IMG/VR virus record: IMGVR_UViG_3300025647_000019
Span: 1-64,000 of that record
Source of the DNA: a virus
Reading direction: 5' to 3' (one strand)
Length of the DNA: 64,000 bases
A program made the translations under genes and the position numbers. Below, piece after piece: positions 38,230-48,659 of the stretch; position 1 is the stretch's first letter; every line of letters begins with the position of its first letter. The notes below the pieces were generated by a model that did no database searches, was not told the origin of the DNA, and saw only the letters and a list, made by a program, of their open reading frames with translations.

Positions 38230-38267
38230 AAAAAAAAGAGCTCTTATAATTCAAATAAGAGCTCTTT
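38230..38267 (-). terminator. Terminator between convergent genes
   Basis: A-run, then AAAGAGCTCTTAT-N7-ATAAGAGCTCTTT. Confidence 0.75.
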
Positions 38268-38285
38268 AATGTTGTTTGTTTTTAA

Positions 38286-38774
38286 TTAATAAGCTAGGAT
38301 TGCTCTATCATATCTTATAGATACACTAATATCAGTTAAATCATCAGATCCATGATCTAGATCCCCAAAATCTACAGAAGTGATCATTGCTCCATAGATG
38401 ACCCATTTTTCAACTTCTTCACCAGCTGGATCTAAGATTTTCAGAGAAAGATTCTTTTTATAATTGGTAGCATATCCCATTTTACCAGTTGAATATTCAA
38501 CGTGTTGTCTAACCCATTCCATTACCTTTTGGGAAGTAGAAGGACCAATGACATCAATAAATTTAATGTCCATTGATTCCCACTGTGTTTTACCAGCAAC
38601 CCAAGATGTAGTATTCATATAATCAATTTGTTTTTCTGCAATAGTTAATTTTGGTCTTGCAGCAACTTGAACCATCCATTCTGCAAAATCTAAGTCAGCA
38701 GGGAATTCAAGTATAAATCTATTTTTTCTTTTAGGTTCCAGGTCAACTGGAATTGGTCTCAACATTTCAGCCAT
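38286..38774 (-). CDS. Tail tube protein (gp19-like)
   Basis: EPKRKNRF; RP; W..M...F.D; V.EW; YKK...LDP.G..VE.W...GA......FG.LD. Confidence 0.88.
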   Translation of the reverse strand: MAEMLRPIPVDLEPKRKNRFILEFPADLDFAEWMVQVAARPKLTIAEKQIDYMNTTSWVAGKTQWESMDIKFIDVIGPSTSQKVMEWVRQHVEYSTGKMGYATNYKKNLSLKILDPAGEEVEKWVIYGAMITSVDFGDLDHGSDDLTDISVSIRYDRAILAY

Positions 38775-38832
38775 TATAGTTCTCCTTTATTCAATCTTAT
38801 ACCTCTTAGGGTATTTTTATTTCTTATCAATT

Positions 38833-38880
38833 ATAAATATGCACAACAATTTTTTGTTCTTGAAGTTACAAGATATTTAT
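38833..38880. promoter_or_regulatory. Divergent pair of putative late promoter motifs
   Basis: ATATTTAT on minus strand (38833-40) facing the tube gene and on plus strand (38873-80) facing the tape measure gene. Confidence 0.55.
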
Positions 38881-38904
38881 TCATATCTAACAAAAGGATT
38901 AAAT

Positions 38905-40989
38905 ATGGCTGATAATAATATTATGAGCAATCAAGAGAATTTTTTAAAGGGATTTTCTAGTTCCGTAACTAAAATGAGTGGAGCTATAGCTTCTTTTGTA
39001 GCAGGAGTTGATGCTTTTAATAGTGGAAATTTTGAATTTGTTAGTATGTTAGAAAAATGGGGAAAAACTTTTTCATTTACTAATATAATTTTAACTCTTG
39101 AAAAAATGACCCGAGAATATAATGATGCTCGTCTTGAATTAGCTAAAACTTTTGGTGTTTATGGTGAACGAAGAACTGGATTGATGAGCATCCTTCAAGA
39201 TGAACGACAAGAATTTATAAGATATGGAATAGGATTAAATGAATCTTTAGAAACAACTCTAGCTTTATCAGATAAATTTGGCTCTATTGATTTTGTTACT
39301 TCACAGCAAGGTTTAATTTCAACAACAGCTTTAATATCCAAATCATTTAATGTTTCTGCTGAAGCTGCTGCAGAATTAACTTCCCAATTTGCCTTATTTG
39401 CCGGTAGAGATGCTTTAGAAATCAAAGATACTATGGAATATATGGCAACAATGGCTGATGCAGCTGGAGTTTCTACTTCTGCTGTATTTGAAAATATGAA
39501 AAGTGCTGCTAATGTCATGTATCTTTTCAATCTTCAAGGGGCTAATGCAGATAAAAAAATGGCAGATCTAGCAGTATTTGCTACTGGAATTGGTTTAGAT
39601 CTTGGTTCTGCAACTACAGCTTTAAAAGCTATGAGGGATCCCATGAATGCTATAAAAGCTTCGGCTGAATTAGCTAGAGTGGGAATTATGACTACGAGTA
39701 CGGAATTAATGTCCATGTCTTTTGGAGGACCAGAAGCTCAACAATCAGGTTTGATAAACCTTCTTTCCCAATTACAAGGATTTGATCCTGCAATCCAAGC
39801 ACAACAATTTGAAGTAATTGCGGATAAATTGGGACAATCTCCGGAACAAATAGCTAAGTCCTTTGAAAGAATGGAAAAAGTTGGATTTAATAAATTAATC
39901 GCTGGTGATGCTGAAGCTCTTAAAGAATTAGAAAACATGGCAGAAGCAAGTATGGGATTTACTGCAAGATTAGATGCTTTAATGAAGAGTTTATTTACAG
40001 CATTAGATCCTATTGCTACAATGGTTTTCCCTGCTTTAGATGCAGTTTTTAAATGGCTAGCAGAACATGTTAAAATTACTAGGGGAATAGCAATAGCAGT
40101 TACAGGTATATTTTTACTTCAAAAAAGTCAAGCAGTTAGAAAAGCCGTTGGAGGAGCATTTTCGGGAGCAGCTCAAACCTTATTATTAAAAGGAATGGAT
40201 CAAAGGGGGGGAACTGGATCTGTTTCGGGATGGTTAGCTGATAGATTTTTTCCTGCTGCTTCTATATCAGCACCTTCAACCCCTTCAGCACCAACTACAC
40301 CGGGCGGTCCGGGTTTTGGGGGTATTACAGGAAAAGACCTTATGCAAGGAGCAGCAGGAGTATTAATAATGGCCGGAGCATTATTTGTTATGGCTAAATC
40401 TTTTCAAGAATTTGAAAAATTAGATAATGGTTGGGAAACATTTGGTTTAGCCGCAGCTTCAATTGCTGCTCTTGGATTAATAACTGCTGGATTAGGTTTA
40501 ATTGCTACTCCATTAATGGCCGGAGGAGCAGCTTTAGCTGCTGCTTCTGTCGGATTTGCCGTTTTTGGATGGGCAATGGGAATTTTTTCTAATGGTATTT
40601 CACCTTTATTGGGATATGGAGAAGATTTAGCTTTAATTGGAAAAGGCCTTATGAGTATATTTGGGGCTATAGCTTTAATGCCTATTGCTACAGTTGGGGG
40701 ACTTATAGGTAGCATTTTCGGCGGAACTTCTACAATGATTCGTCCATTAGAAGAACTTTTACAATTTGCACAAAATGATTTAACACCACTTAAAGAGTTA
40801 GGTGAAGTTCTAACTAAAATTAGTCTAGCAATGGAATCAATTTCAGATTCACAATTATCAGGACTTCAAGCCGATATTAATACTGCCGGTCGAGGTGGGG
40901 GAGTACCATTACAAAATAATATTCGAATTGATTTAGATGGTAGAAAATTATGGGATAGTATGTACGAATCAAAAGCAGGTAAGAAATAA
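38905..40989 (+). CDS. Tape measure protein
   Basis: Ala-rich helical with hydrophobic A/G segments; C-terminal IDLDGRKL; tail module context. Confidence 0.75.
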   Translation: MADNNIMSNQENFLKGFSSSVTKMSGAIASFVAGVDAFNSGNFEFVSMLEKWGKTFSFTNIILTLEKMTREYNDARLELAKTFGVYGERRTGLMSILQDERQEFIRYGIGLNESLETTLALSDKFGSIDFVTSQQGLISTTALISKSFNVSAEAAAELTSQFALFAGRDALEIKDTMEYMATMADAAGVSTSAVFENMKSAANVMYLFNLQGANADKKMADLAVFATGIGLDLGSATTALKAMRDPMNAIKASAELARVGIMTTSTELMSMSFGGPEAQQSGLINLLSQLQGFDPAIQAQQFEVIADKLGQSPEQIAKSFERMEKVGFNKLIAGDAEALKELENMAEASMGFTARLDALMKSLFTALDPIATMVFPALDAVFKWLAEHVKITRGIAIAVTGIFLLQKSQAVRKAVGGAFSGAAQTLLLKGMDQRGGTGSVSGWLADRFFPAASISAPSTPSAPTTPGGPGFGGITGKDLMQGAAGVLIMAGALFVMAKSFQEFEKLDNGWETFGLAAASIAALGLITAGLGLIATPLMAGGAALAAASVGFAVFGWAMGIFSNGISPLLGYGEDLALIGKGLMSIFGAIALMPIATVGGLIGSIFGGTSTMIRPLEELLQFAQNDLTPLKELGEVLTKISLAMESISDSQLSGLQADINTAGRGGGVPLQNNIRIDLDGRKLWDSMYESKAGKK

Positions 40990-42146
40990 TGAAAAAAATT
41001 CCTTGGACAAAATATAATGAATATGTTGGACAATCTAGACTAAAAAGTAAAATAGACGAGATTAATAAATTTGAATCTACTTATGATATCACTGCTGAAT
41101 CAGAAAGAGAATATGAAAGACAAAGGGCTTTGAATAAAAGTAATGCAGTAAAAAATGCTGTAGAAGCTCTTTATGAAAAAGGAGCAACGGCAGTAGAGAA
41201 TTTTGCATTTAATAGTGCAAAATCTGTTTTATTTGGTGGAGGACAAATTCCGGGAATTACGGGAAGTCTTCCCGATGCTTCTACTCTTCTTCCCCCAAGA
41301 GCAGTTGGACCACTTGAAGAAATGCCTTATGCAACTTTATTTACTGATTCAATTATGCTTCAAAATGTAGTGTCAAAAACAATGATAGCTGCTGAGCATA
41401 GACTCAAAGCTAAATTAGCAACACATAAAACAGCTGATGGAATTGCTCCAAACAAATGGTATAAAGAACCTGGACTTCAATCTCCAGCAGATTTTTTCGA
41501 TATAAACAGATTTACTTTTGCTATTCGAAATAAAGCATATACATATACAACTGTAAATCCTCCCCCGGGAGTATATCAAGATCCAAATGGAATATATCAA
41601 GCATTTCCTGCATATATTAAAACTTTTAATGAAAATCTTGGAGCTACTTGGGATGCAGTTCATTTTATAAATGCAACTGAAGACAAATATATTTATCAAA
41701 AAGGGGATAGAAGTTTTACTCTTGAGTTTATTTTATTTGCAACTCATGCCTCAGATTTAGAAAGTTCAACAATTGAACTTGAACAAAGTAGAACTAATAA
41801 TGCTATGGGGATTCCAGATATAAAATTTTATAGTTTGTTTAGTGCTTATGAATTGGAATTTGCTTTGGAATTTTTAAACAAATTAATAAGACCTAAAATT
41901 GTAAATGATGTTATAACTGAAGTTCCTTTCTGTGAGTTAACCCTTGGAAATATGTTCAATAAGCAAAAATGTATTTTCGATGGGGTTTCCTTAAATTATG
42001 ATCTACTTTGGGATTTGAATATGGAAAGTCCCGGCTATTTAAAACCTAAAATGGTTGAAGTTACTTTAACCGGTAAATTCCTTCATGACAATCCTTCTAC
42101 AGATACAAGATATTATGCTATTAATTCGAAGGCGGTATCCTCTTGA
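40989..42146 (+). CDS. Baseplate/tube initiator-like protein
   Basis: AYI..F.E....W.....Y....RSF.L.F; P...LTLGN; follows tape measure. Confidence 0.55.
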   Translation: MKKIPWTKYNEYVGQSRLKSKIDEINKFESTYDITAESEREYERQRALNKSNAVKNAVEALYEKGATAVENFAFNSAKSVLFGGGQIPGITGSLPDASTLLPPRAVGPLEEMPYATLFTDSIMLQNVVSKTMIAAEHRLKAKLATHKTADGIAPNKWYKEPGLQSPADFFDINRFTFAIRNKAYTYTTVNPPPGVYQDPNGIYQAFPAYIKTFNENLGATWDAVHFINATEDKYIYQKGDRSFTLEFILFATHASDLESSTIELEQSRTNNAMGIPDIKFYSLFSAYELEFALEFLNKLIRPKIVNDVITEVPFCELTLGNMFNKQKCIFDGVSLNYDLLWDLNMESPGYLKPKMVEVTLTGKFLHDNPSTDTRYYAINSKAVSS

Positions 42147-42391
42147 TTAACAAATATAAATCAAATATCGATTTTACAAAAAAAATAAATAGAAGAGAAA
42201 CAGATGTTTATATCGAAATAAATGATCAAGATAGGTTTGATCGTATTTCATATAGAGCGTATGGGGATCCTCAATATTGGTGGTTGATTCTTCAAGCAAA
42301 TGGATATCAAATTGAATTTGATGTTGAAGCGGGAGAATTAATTCGAATTCCATATCCCTTATCTGCTGCTTTATCTGATATAGAGGTTTAA
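42143..42391 (+). CDS. LysM-like baseplate wedge protein (gp53/GpX-like)
   Basis: DR.D.IS...YGDP.YWWLI..AN...G..IRIP. Confidence 0.75.
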   Translation: MINKYKSNIDFTKKINRRETDVYIEINDQDRFDRISYRAYGDPQYWWLILQANGYQIEFDVEAGELIRIPYPLSAALSDIEV

Positions 42392-42392
42392 A

Positions 42393-44120
42393 ATGAGAAT
42401 AGAAGGTCTCTTAAATTCTTCGTATGTTCGACTATGGTATACTAATCCCGACTTAGATCAAGAAAATAAATATATCATTGGAACTGATCCTGAAAGACCA
42501 GTAAAAAGTAGAATTGAAACTCTTGGAGGAGGAATTAAAGATTTCACTGTTAAAGTGGAAGGTCAAAATATTATAGTTTCTACAGTATTTGTTGTTCCCT
42601 TTCAAACTTTAAATTTATCCCAAGATCCAGATTTGAATAATGAAATTGAAAATTTATTTAATTTGAATAATACTTGGGGAGCTCAACTCGGAAGAGGTGA
42701 GAAAAATGATTTTTGTTGGATTCCAAATTTAAGAGTTGGTGAATCCCAAATTGAATATTCAACAAGTATTAGAGGAATTGAAATTTCTTTAACTCTTCAT
42801 GGGGCTCTTTTTTCTCTTTTGAATTATATTAAATTATCCAATCTAAAAAAATATGATATACAATATGGGAGAAATTCTTTTTCTGAAGATAATTTAATTG
42901 ATCCTTCCTTAGGATTTATAACATTAAGAAATGTTGTAACTGCTATTTTGAATTCTTGTAAAAGATATATTGCTTTGTCTTCAGCAGAAAGATTGGCTAT
43001 TAATGACCCAACCTTTGTACCTCCTCCAATTATTGAAACTCCTGATTTACCTTTCTTTCAGAATGAAAATGTTCCTTTACCCCCTGGTGTAGAACTTCCT
43101 CCTGCTCCGCCAATTAATTCGGAGAATTTACCAGCAGATCAATTGGAAAAATTAAGGGTATATGAAGAGGAAGATGCAATATTAGGGGCTACTCCTGATT
43201 TAATTCCTTCATTTTCTGATTTAAGAAAAATTATTGTAGCAAAAACCCCTGAAGAAGGATTAGAAGTTTATAATAAATCTTGGAATGGAAAATTAATTAA
43301 AACAAATAATCTTAAAAAGCTTTATGAAGAATTAAGTGCAAATGATAGAACTTCTGTTCAAGCTTATTTGTCAGCTTTATTAAATGAAAAAGCTTTACAA
43401 ATGGTTCCTGCTCCCCAAATTTCAGTTAAAAGGTCCGGACTGTCTATATTAGTAATACCAATTGGGGCTATTCAGGGAGCCGGGTTTTCGGAATTTGAAG
43501 TAAAAGAAGATGGTCAAATTTCAGACAAATATAATAGTTCAGATTATTCAGATGAATATTTTAATTTACAAAAGGTCGGAAATGTGGTATTATCAGTTCA
43601 GGCTAGTACAAATAAAGGTGAGCAAACTCTTGCTTCAATCTCTCAAGCAAAAAGACTGGCTGAAAATGATGCAGCAGATCAAGAACTTAGTATTTACAAT
43701 TTCTTAGAAAAAACTTCTAAAGAGATTACTGTTGAAATGATCGGAGCCCCAAAATTAACTTATTATGATAATGTTAATATAGAATTTTTGAGTTCGGTTT
43801 TTACTGGTAACTATAAAATTATTTCTTTCACTCATAAAGTAAATGGAAACCAATTTACAACTGAATTCGAAGCTATCAGGCTTGAAAAAGGAATTTCATC
43901 TTCTGCAAATAATGCTGCCGCAGATGAAATTTCAAAGGAAAAAAGAAAAAAAGAATTTGAAGAAGGATTAAATTTCTTTGAAAGAATGTTTGGAAAGTTG
44001 GATACCTCAGAAATAAATATTATCCCTGAGGGTCAAACAATGACAGAAGCAGCAGAACAACTTAGAAATGAGACTGGTTCGGGTTTACCTTATAATCGGT
44101 GGAGAAGAGATTCGAATTAA
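42393..44120 (+). CDS. Baseplate hub protein (GpD/gp27-like)
   Basis: MIGAP.L...V......G.Y.I....H......FTT. Confidence 0.55.
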   Translation: MRIEGLLNSSYVRLWYTNPDLDQENKYIIGTDPERPVKSRIETLGGGIKDFTVKVEGQNIIVSTVFVVPFQTLNLSQDPDLNNEIENLFNLNNTWGAQLGRGEKNDFCWIPNLRVGESQIEYSTSIRGIEISLTLHGALFSLLNYIKLSNLKKYDIQYGRNSFSEDNLIDPSLGFITLRNVVTAILNSCKRYIALSSAERLAINDPTFVPPPIIETPDLPFFQNENVPLPPGVELPPAPPINSENLPADQLEKLRVYEEEDAILGATPDLIPSFSDLRKIIVAKTPEEGLEVYNKSWNGKLIKTNNLKKLYEELSANDRTSVQAYLSALLNEKALQMVPAPQISVKRSGLSILVIPIGAIQGAGFSEFEVKEDGQISDKYNSSDYSDEYFNLQKVGNVVLSVQASTNKGEQTLASISQAKRLAENDAADQELSIYNFLEKTSKEITVEMIGAPKLTYYDNVNIEFLSSVFTGNYKIISFTHKVNGNQFTTEFEAIRLEKGISSSANNAAADEISKEKRKKEFEEGLNFFERMFGKLDTSEINIIPEGQTMTEAAEQLRNETGSGLPYNRWRRDSN

Positions 44121-44135
44121 AAGGGGGATTATCCC

Positions 44136-44879
44136 ATGGTTATTTGTAATATTGTTTATGACAAGAAAGACGATTGTCTTCAGAAGTATCTTGATCTTCC
44201 ATTTATTAATGCTGCAGATAAACATTGGAAAGTTAAAAGAAATATTCCAACGCTAATTTATGGATTTAAATTAGCAAAAGAATTATATCCAAATGAAATT
44301 GATCCTCATAATAATTGCATCAGAACTAATGGTCTTTTAAATTGGTCGTATAGCATTGAAGAATTTGAAAATAAATGTTGGCTTGATTCTTGGATTACAC
44401 AATCCATTGAAAAACATTTAAGGTGTGTTCCGAATAATATTGATGTTATTTTTAATAAATCTTTTGAATTGAAAGCTTTTTTGGAAAAAATAGATCCTTT
44501 TCCTCTTGTCCATGCAGGTAAACATGAAATTTACATTGCAGAAAAAAGGGATTGGGATAATGCTTGTATTATTCATTCCTTTCAAATGGACAATCTGACT
44601 TATGCTGGAATTGATCCAGAAACTTTCTATTACGAATTGTTGAATTATTTCGAAAATAGATGTGTAGTTCTTTCTACAAATGACATTGATTTTACTAGAA
44701 TAAAAAATACTCCGATCTCATTTCAAGATTTATCTTTGGCTAGTCAAAATGAATCTATAGATATTCAAAAGATAATCAGAACATTTTCTTCGTTTATTCC
44801 TCTTTCAAAAGAAATGGTTCTTACTTATTTTCTGAAACATGACCTTTATTCTAAGACCCTTTTTCACAGTTTTTTATGA
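44136..44879 (+). CDS. Hypothetical protein preceding PolA-like gene
   Basis: ORF with GGGGG RBS; PTLI.G motif. Confidence 0.55.
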   Translation: MVICNIVYDKKDDCLQKYLDLPFINAADKHWKVKRNIPTLIYGFKLAKELYPNEIDPHNNCIRTNGLLNWSYSIEEFENKCWLDSWITQSIEKHLRCVPNNIDVIFNKSFELKAFLEKIDPFPLVHAGKHEIYIAEKRDWDNACIIHSFQMDNLTYAGIDPETFYYELLNYFENRCVVLSTNDIDFTRIKNTPISFQDLSLASQNESIDIQKIIRTFSSFIPLSKEMVLTYFLKHDLYSKTLFHSFL

Positions 44880-44922
44880 TTTAAATCTTTGTCCATACTA
44901 TAGTCCGTAGGAAAGAACTAAA

Positions 44923-45867
44923 TTGAGTACAGACAAAAAAAATGAAGAAAAACATATGGTTTTTAAGGAGAACGTATCAATGAATGATACCAAAAGACAT
45001 TATGATAGATTAATTGCTGCTTCTAAGGCAGAACAGATCTTGGGTAAGAGTAAAATTTATGTAAATGTCCCGGCTTTGAAGATCATAAATAAGCTTAGAC
45101 CAACAAAAGAACGAAATCAATATCTGATTAATTCTATTGATACAGGATATATTCAAACCAAATATAGTTCTAAAGATAAGATTACTGCTAGGATGTTTAC
45201 TACTCCCGGGAATTTAAATCTAATCACTCTTTCAGATGAGGATATTTTAAATTGTATTGTTTCAAAATATGGAAGAGAAGGTATTTTAGTTGAATTGGAT
45301 TTTAAACAATTCGAACCGACAATTATGTCAAAGCTTATAGGATACTCATTTGATGGGGACATTCACACAATAGTAAGTAAAAAATTAAAAATGACTCGTA
45401 ATGATGCTAAAATATTAAACAATGCTTATTTTTATGGAGCATCAGAAGAAACTATCAACCAAAAATTTTATGTAGGGGGGGATATAAAGGATTATCTTGA
45501 TATGATGGAGGACTTTAATAATGCAAAAGATAAATTTTTAGAACCCCATTTAGAAATGTATGAAAAAAATGGATATATTATTAATCCTTATGGAAGAAAA
45601 GTGTTTCCAAGAGAAAAAAGAAATATATTTAATAACATGATACAATCTACTGGTTCTGATATCCTGATTGATACTATCATCAAATTAAATCAAGAAAACT
45701 TAAATGTAATCTTACACCGATTTGATTCTTTATTTTTTGATTTAAAGAAATTAAATATATATTTAGAATTAGAGGAAATAATTACTATAATGACTGAGAA
45801 TAATTATAACTTAGAGGTCTCAGTTTTAGTGGGAAAGAATTTAAATAAACTTAAGAAACTCAATTAA
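44923..45867 (+). CDS. Short family A DNA polymerase catalytic domain
   Basis: TAR; motif A ELDFKQFEP; GDIH; motif B R..AK..NNAYFYG; NNMIQST; motif C RFDSLFF. Confidence 0.75.
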   Translation: MSTDKKNEEKHMVFKENVSMNDTKRHYDRLIAASKAEQILGKSKIYVNVPALKIINKLRPTKERNQYLINSIDTGYIQTKYSSKDKITARMFTTPGNLNLITLSDEDILNCIVSKYGREGILVELDFKQFEPTIMSKLIGYSFDGDIHTIVSKKLKMTRNDAKILNNAYFYGASEETINQKFYVGGDIKDYLDMMEDFNNAKDKFLEPHLEMYEKNGYIINPYGRKVFPREKRNIFNNMIQSTGSDILIDTIIKLNQENLNVILHRFDSLFFDLKKLNIYLELEEIITIMTENNYNLEVSVLVGKNLNKLKKLN

Positions 45868-45870
45868 AAT

Positions 45871-46266
45871 ATGAAATCAATACTTCTATTGTCGTTTATA
45901 AACAAAGACCAAATCTATTTAGCATTAGATAAAATATCCGAAACTTTAAATATAAAAAAAAGTCAAATTTTTGTATTTAAAATCCAGGATACTGAAGAAT
46001 TGATTGTAACTTATAATTTAAATCCAAATTATACCAATATTAAATTTAATTCAATTTGGCCAAATACTATTTCTATTCACAGAAAAAAACAAACTAATAC
46101 ATTATATTCTTTAAATGCTATGAACGAACTTATTAAGAAAAAAAATGGTGGGGTTTTTAAAAAAGAATATGCTCTTCATTGGGAAGATTTTAAAAATTCT
46201 TTAATGATAATTAAAAACGGGAAACTTAAAATTCTAAAAATTCAACTTGTCAAAATAAACCAATAA
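45871..46266 (+). CDS. Hypothetical protein in replication module
   Basis: TYN...NTISIHRKKQTNTLYSLNAMN. Confidence 0.6.
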   Translation: MKSILLLSFINKDQIYLALDKISETLNIKKSQIFVFKIQDTEELIVTYNLNPNYTNIKFNSIWPNTISIHRKKQTNTLYSLNAMNELIKKKNGGVFKKEYALHWEDFKNSLMIIKNGKLKILKIQLVKINQ

Positions 46267-46273
46267 AAAAAGA

Positions 46274-46312
46274 TTTACAAATTCCAAACAACGTGTTAAA
46301 ATAGGGCACGTT
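46274..46312 (+). promoter_or_regulatory. Sigma70-like promoter of SSB with inverted repeat around the -10 box
   Basis: TTTACA-17-TAAAAT with TGn extension; AACGTG...CACGTT. Confidence 0.6.
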
Positions 46313-46382
46313 TACAACAGTGGTAATATTGCCACAACTCAACGTACAGCGATCAGCGGTACAACTTTATAGGAGGTCCAAT

Positions 46383-47183
46383 ATGGACATAAAAGCACTC
46401 AAAGAAAAACTAAACAAACTTCAATCTCAAAACAAAAGCGGCGGATCAAATATTTTTCTTAAGCAAACTGAAGAGCCACAGATGATTCGAATTCTACCTT
46501 ATCCTCACAATCCGGATAAAGATCCATATATTGAAATCTATTGGCATTATGATATTGCTGGCTATAGATCTATTTTCTGTCCTCAGGAAAATCTTGGCGA
46601 GCCATGTCCCATTTGTAAATTGTCAGCAGAATTTCTTTCAATGGGAGGAAAGGAAAATTGGAAGATTCATAAACAACTAGAAGCAAAAATTCGTACTTAT
46701 TCCCCCGTAATTGTTCGGGGTAGAGAAGAAGAACTAGGGGTTAAGCTTTATGGTTATGGTGTACAAATTTATGAGGATCTCTTGACTACTTCAGTTGAAG
46801 AAGGGGATATTGCAGATCTTAAAACTGGTCACGATTTAAGTGTCAAGCAAATTCCAGTTGGAGCGCCAGGAAATGACACTACTTATCCAAAGCCTATTTG
46901 CAAGGTTCAATTTAAAGAATCACCAGCACTTGAAGACACTGCTCTTTTGAAAAAGCTTTTGAAGAGTATTCCTGATTATAAGGAGGATCGAGAAGCCTTT
47001 CCCCTTATGACTTATCAAGAGCTATCTGAAATTGTAAATAAGCTTAAAACCGAAGAAGATGAAAGTTCCTTTGAAGATGATATGGATGATGTTTTTGAGG
47101 AAAAGACTGAAAAGCCTAGTACCTCAGTTAAAGCTTCAACCGTTGATATTGATGAACTTGATGCTCTTCTAGAGGAAGATTAA
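46383..47183 (+). CDS. Single-stranded DNA-binding protein (T4 gp32-like)
   Basis: IRILP, H...CP....GEPCPIC zinc site, acidic tail; AGGAGG RBS. Confidence 0.82.
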   Translation: MDIKALKEKLNKLQSQNKSGGSNIFLKQTEEPQMIRILPYPHNPDKDPYIEIYWHYDIAGYRSIFCPQENLGEPCPICKLSAEFLSMGGKENWKIHKQLEAKIRTYSPVIVRGREEELGVKLYGYGVQIYEDLLTTSVEEGDIADLKTGHDLSVKQIPVGAPGNDTTYPKPICKVQFKESPALEDTALLKKLLKSIPDYKEDREAFPLMTYQELSEIVNKLKTEEDESSFEDDMDDVFEEKTEKPSTSVKASTVDIDELDALLEED

Positions 47184-47185
47184 TA

Positions 47186-47527
47186 ATGACTAAAAAAGAT
47201 AACATCAAGATAATTCGCGGAAGTGGATTTAAAAGTCTTGATGGATCATTAGTTTCGGTTATTTCTATGGGGGATGACGGTCGATCGACCGTCGTTCCCT
47301 ATGGTATTGAATGTGTTCCTATTTCTATAGATTCAAGATGTTTGCAGGATGTTGATATCGATAAAACTTTTTCATATACATTTGAAATTTTAAAATATAA
47401 TTCAGATGGATCTGGTTATGAAGAACAAAAGTTCTATAAAATTGAAAAAGCTTTAAGAGATGTTCCTTTAAACACCATTATTGAATACTTAGAAACTCAC
47501 CTTAAACCAATATTAAAGTTGGAGTAA
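47186..47527 (+). CDS. Hypothetical protein
   Basis: GAGG RBS, operon packing. Confidence 0.55.
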   Translation: MTKKDNIKIIRGSGFKSLDGSLVSVISMGDDGRSTVVPYGIECVPISIDSRCLQDVDIDKTFSYTFEILKYNSDGSGYEEQKFYKIEKALRDVPLNTIIEYLETHLKPILKLE

Positions 47528-47529
47528 AT

Positions 47530-48657
47530 ATGGTAAAAAAAGAAGATTCTTTTGAAGACGAAATGATTGATGCTTTATCGTCTTCATTTAAGAAACAAAG
47601 TTCAAATGCCAAGGCATCTTATTTGTGGCAATCATCTTCAAACATTAAAGATTATATTTCAACGGGAAATCCTCTTTTAGATATGTGTTTATCTAATAAG
47701 CCCAATGGGGGTTTACCAGTTGGAAGATTGACAGAAATATCAGGAGGGGAAGGTGCTGGTAAAACCTTACTTGCATCTTATGTTTTAGCCAATACTCAGA
47801 AAAAAGGGGGTATTGGAATTTTTATTGATACAGAGCATGCTGCATCAATGGAAGTTTTAAAAGAAGTTGGGGTTGATACTGATAAATTAGTATATGTCCA
47901 ATGTGGCTGTGTTGAAGAAGTTTTTGCTGCTATGGAGACTATTGTTGGAAAAATTGTGGCATCAGGAGCAGGAAAAGAAAGACCTATAACCATTGTTTGG
48001 GATTCAGTTGCAGCCACTTCAACAAAGGCAGAAGTGGAGGGTGATTATGATCAACAAACTATTGCTATGGCGGCTAGAGTTATATCTAAAGGACTTAGAA
48101 AGTATATTCCTCTTTGCAGTGCTCATAATGTTTGCTTGGTATTTTTGAATCAATTAAGAACTAATATTAGTAGTTTTGGGCATGCTGAAAAATTCACGAC
48201 CCCCGGAGGAAAAGCAATTCCATATCATGCTAGTATTAGATTGAGACTTTCTCATTATAAAAAGATCAAAGATCCTAAAACAAAGGATGAAATTGGGCGA
48301 GAAATTAAATGTGAAGTTAAGAAAAACAAAATTGCTCCCCCTATGAGAACAACATATCATACGATTCGTTGGGGTTCAAAACCTGGTGCATGGTTTGATA
48401 TTGGTGCTACTCTTTGGGAAGCGGGAATTACTTCTGGACTGTTTAATAAAATTTCAGCTCAAAAATATGGATTTATAACTTCCGAAGGGGAAGAACTTGA
48501 ATTTACAAAAAAGGTTTTTAATGATCTAGTTAAAGATAAAAATTTCTACAATGAAGTGGTTAGATTATTAGAAGGATATTATATAATTGGACCGGATAAT
48601 GCTCCAGATCCAGATGAACTAATAAAAGAAGAATCAGATGAAGACGAAGGGATTTAA
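47530..48657 (+). CDS. recA: RecA/UvsX-like recombinase
   Basis: ISTG..LD; GGLPVGR.TEI.G.EGAGKT; FIDTEHA; DSVAA; NQLR; TPGGKA; KNK.APP. Confidence 0.92.
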   Translation: MVKKEDSFEDEMIDALSSSFKKQSSNAKASYLWQSSSNIKDYISTGNPLLDMCLSNKPNGGLPVGRLTEISGGEGAGKTLLASYVLANTQKKGGIGIFIDTEHAASMEVLKEVGVDTDKLVYVQCGCVEEVFAAMETIVGKIVASGAGKERPITIVWDSVAATSTKAEVEGDYDQQTIAMAARVISKGLRKYIPLCSAHNVCLVFLNQLRTNISSFGHAEKFTTPGGKAIPYHASIRLRLSHYKKIKDPKTKDEIGREIKCEVKKNKIAPPMRTTYHTIRWGSKPGAWFDIGATLWEAGITSGLFNKISAQKYGFITSEGEELEFTKKVFNDLVKDKNFYNEVVRLLEGYYIIGPDNAPDPDELIKEESDEDEGI

Positions 48658-48659
48658 AT

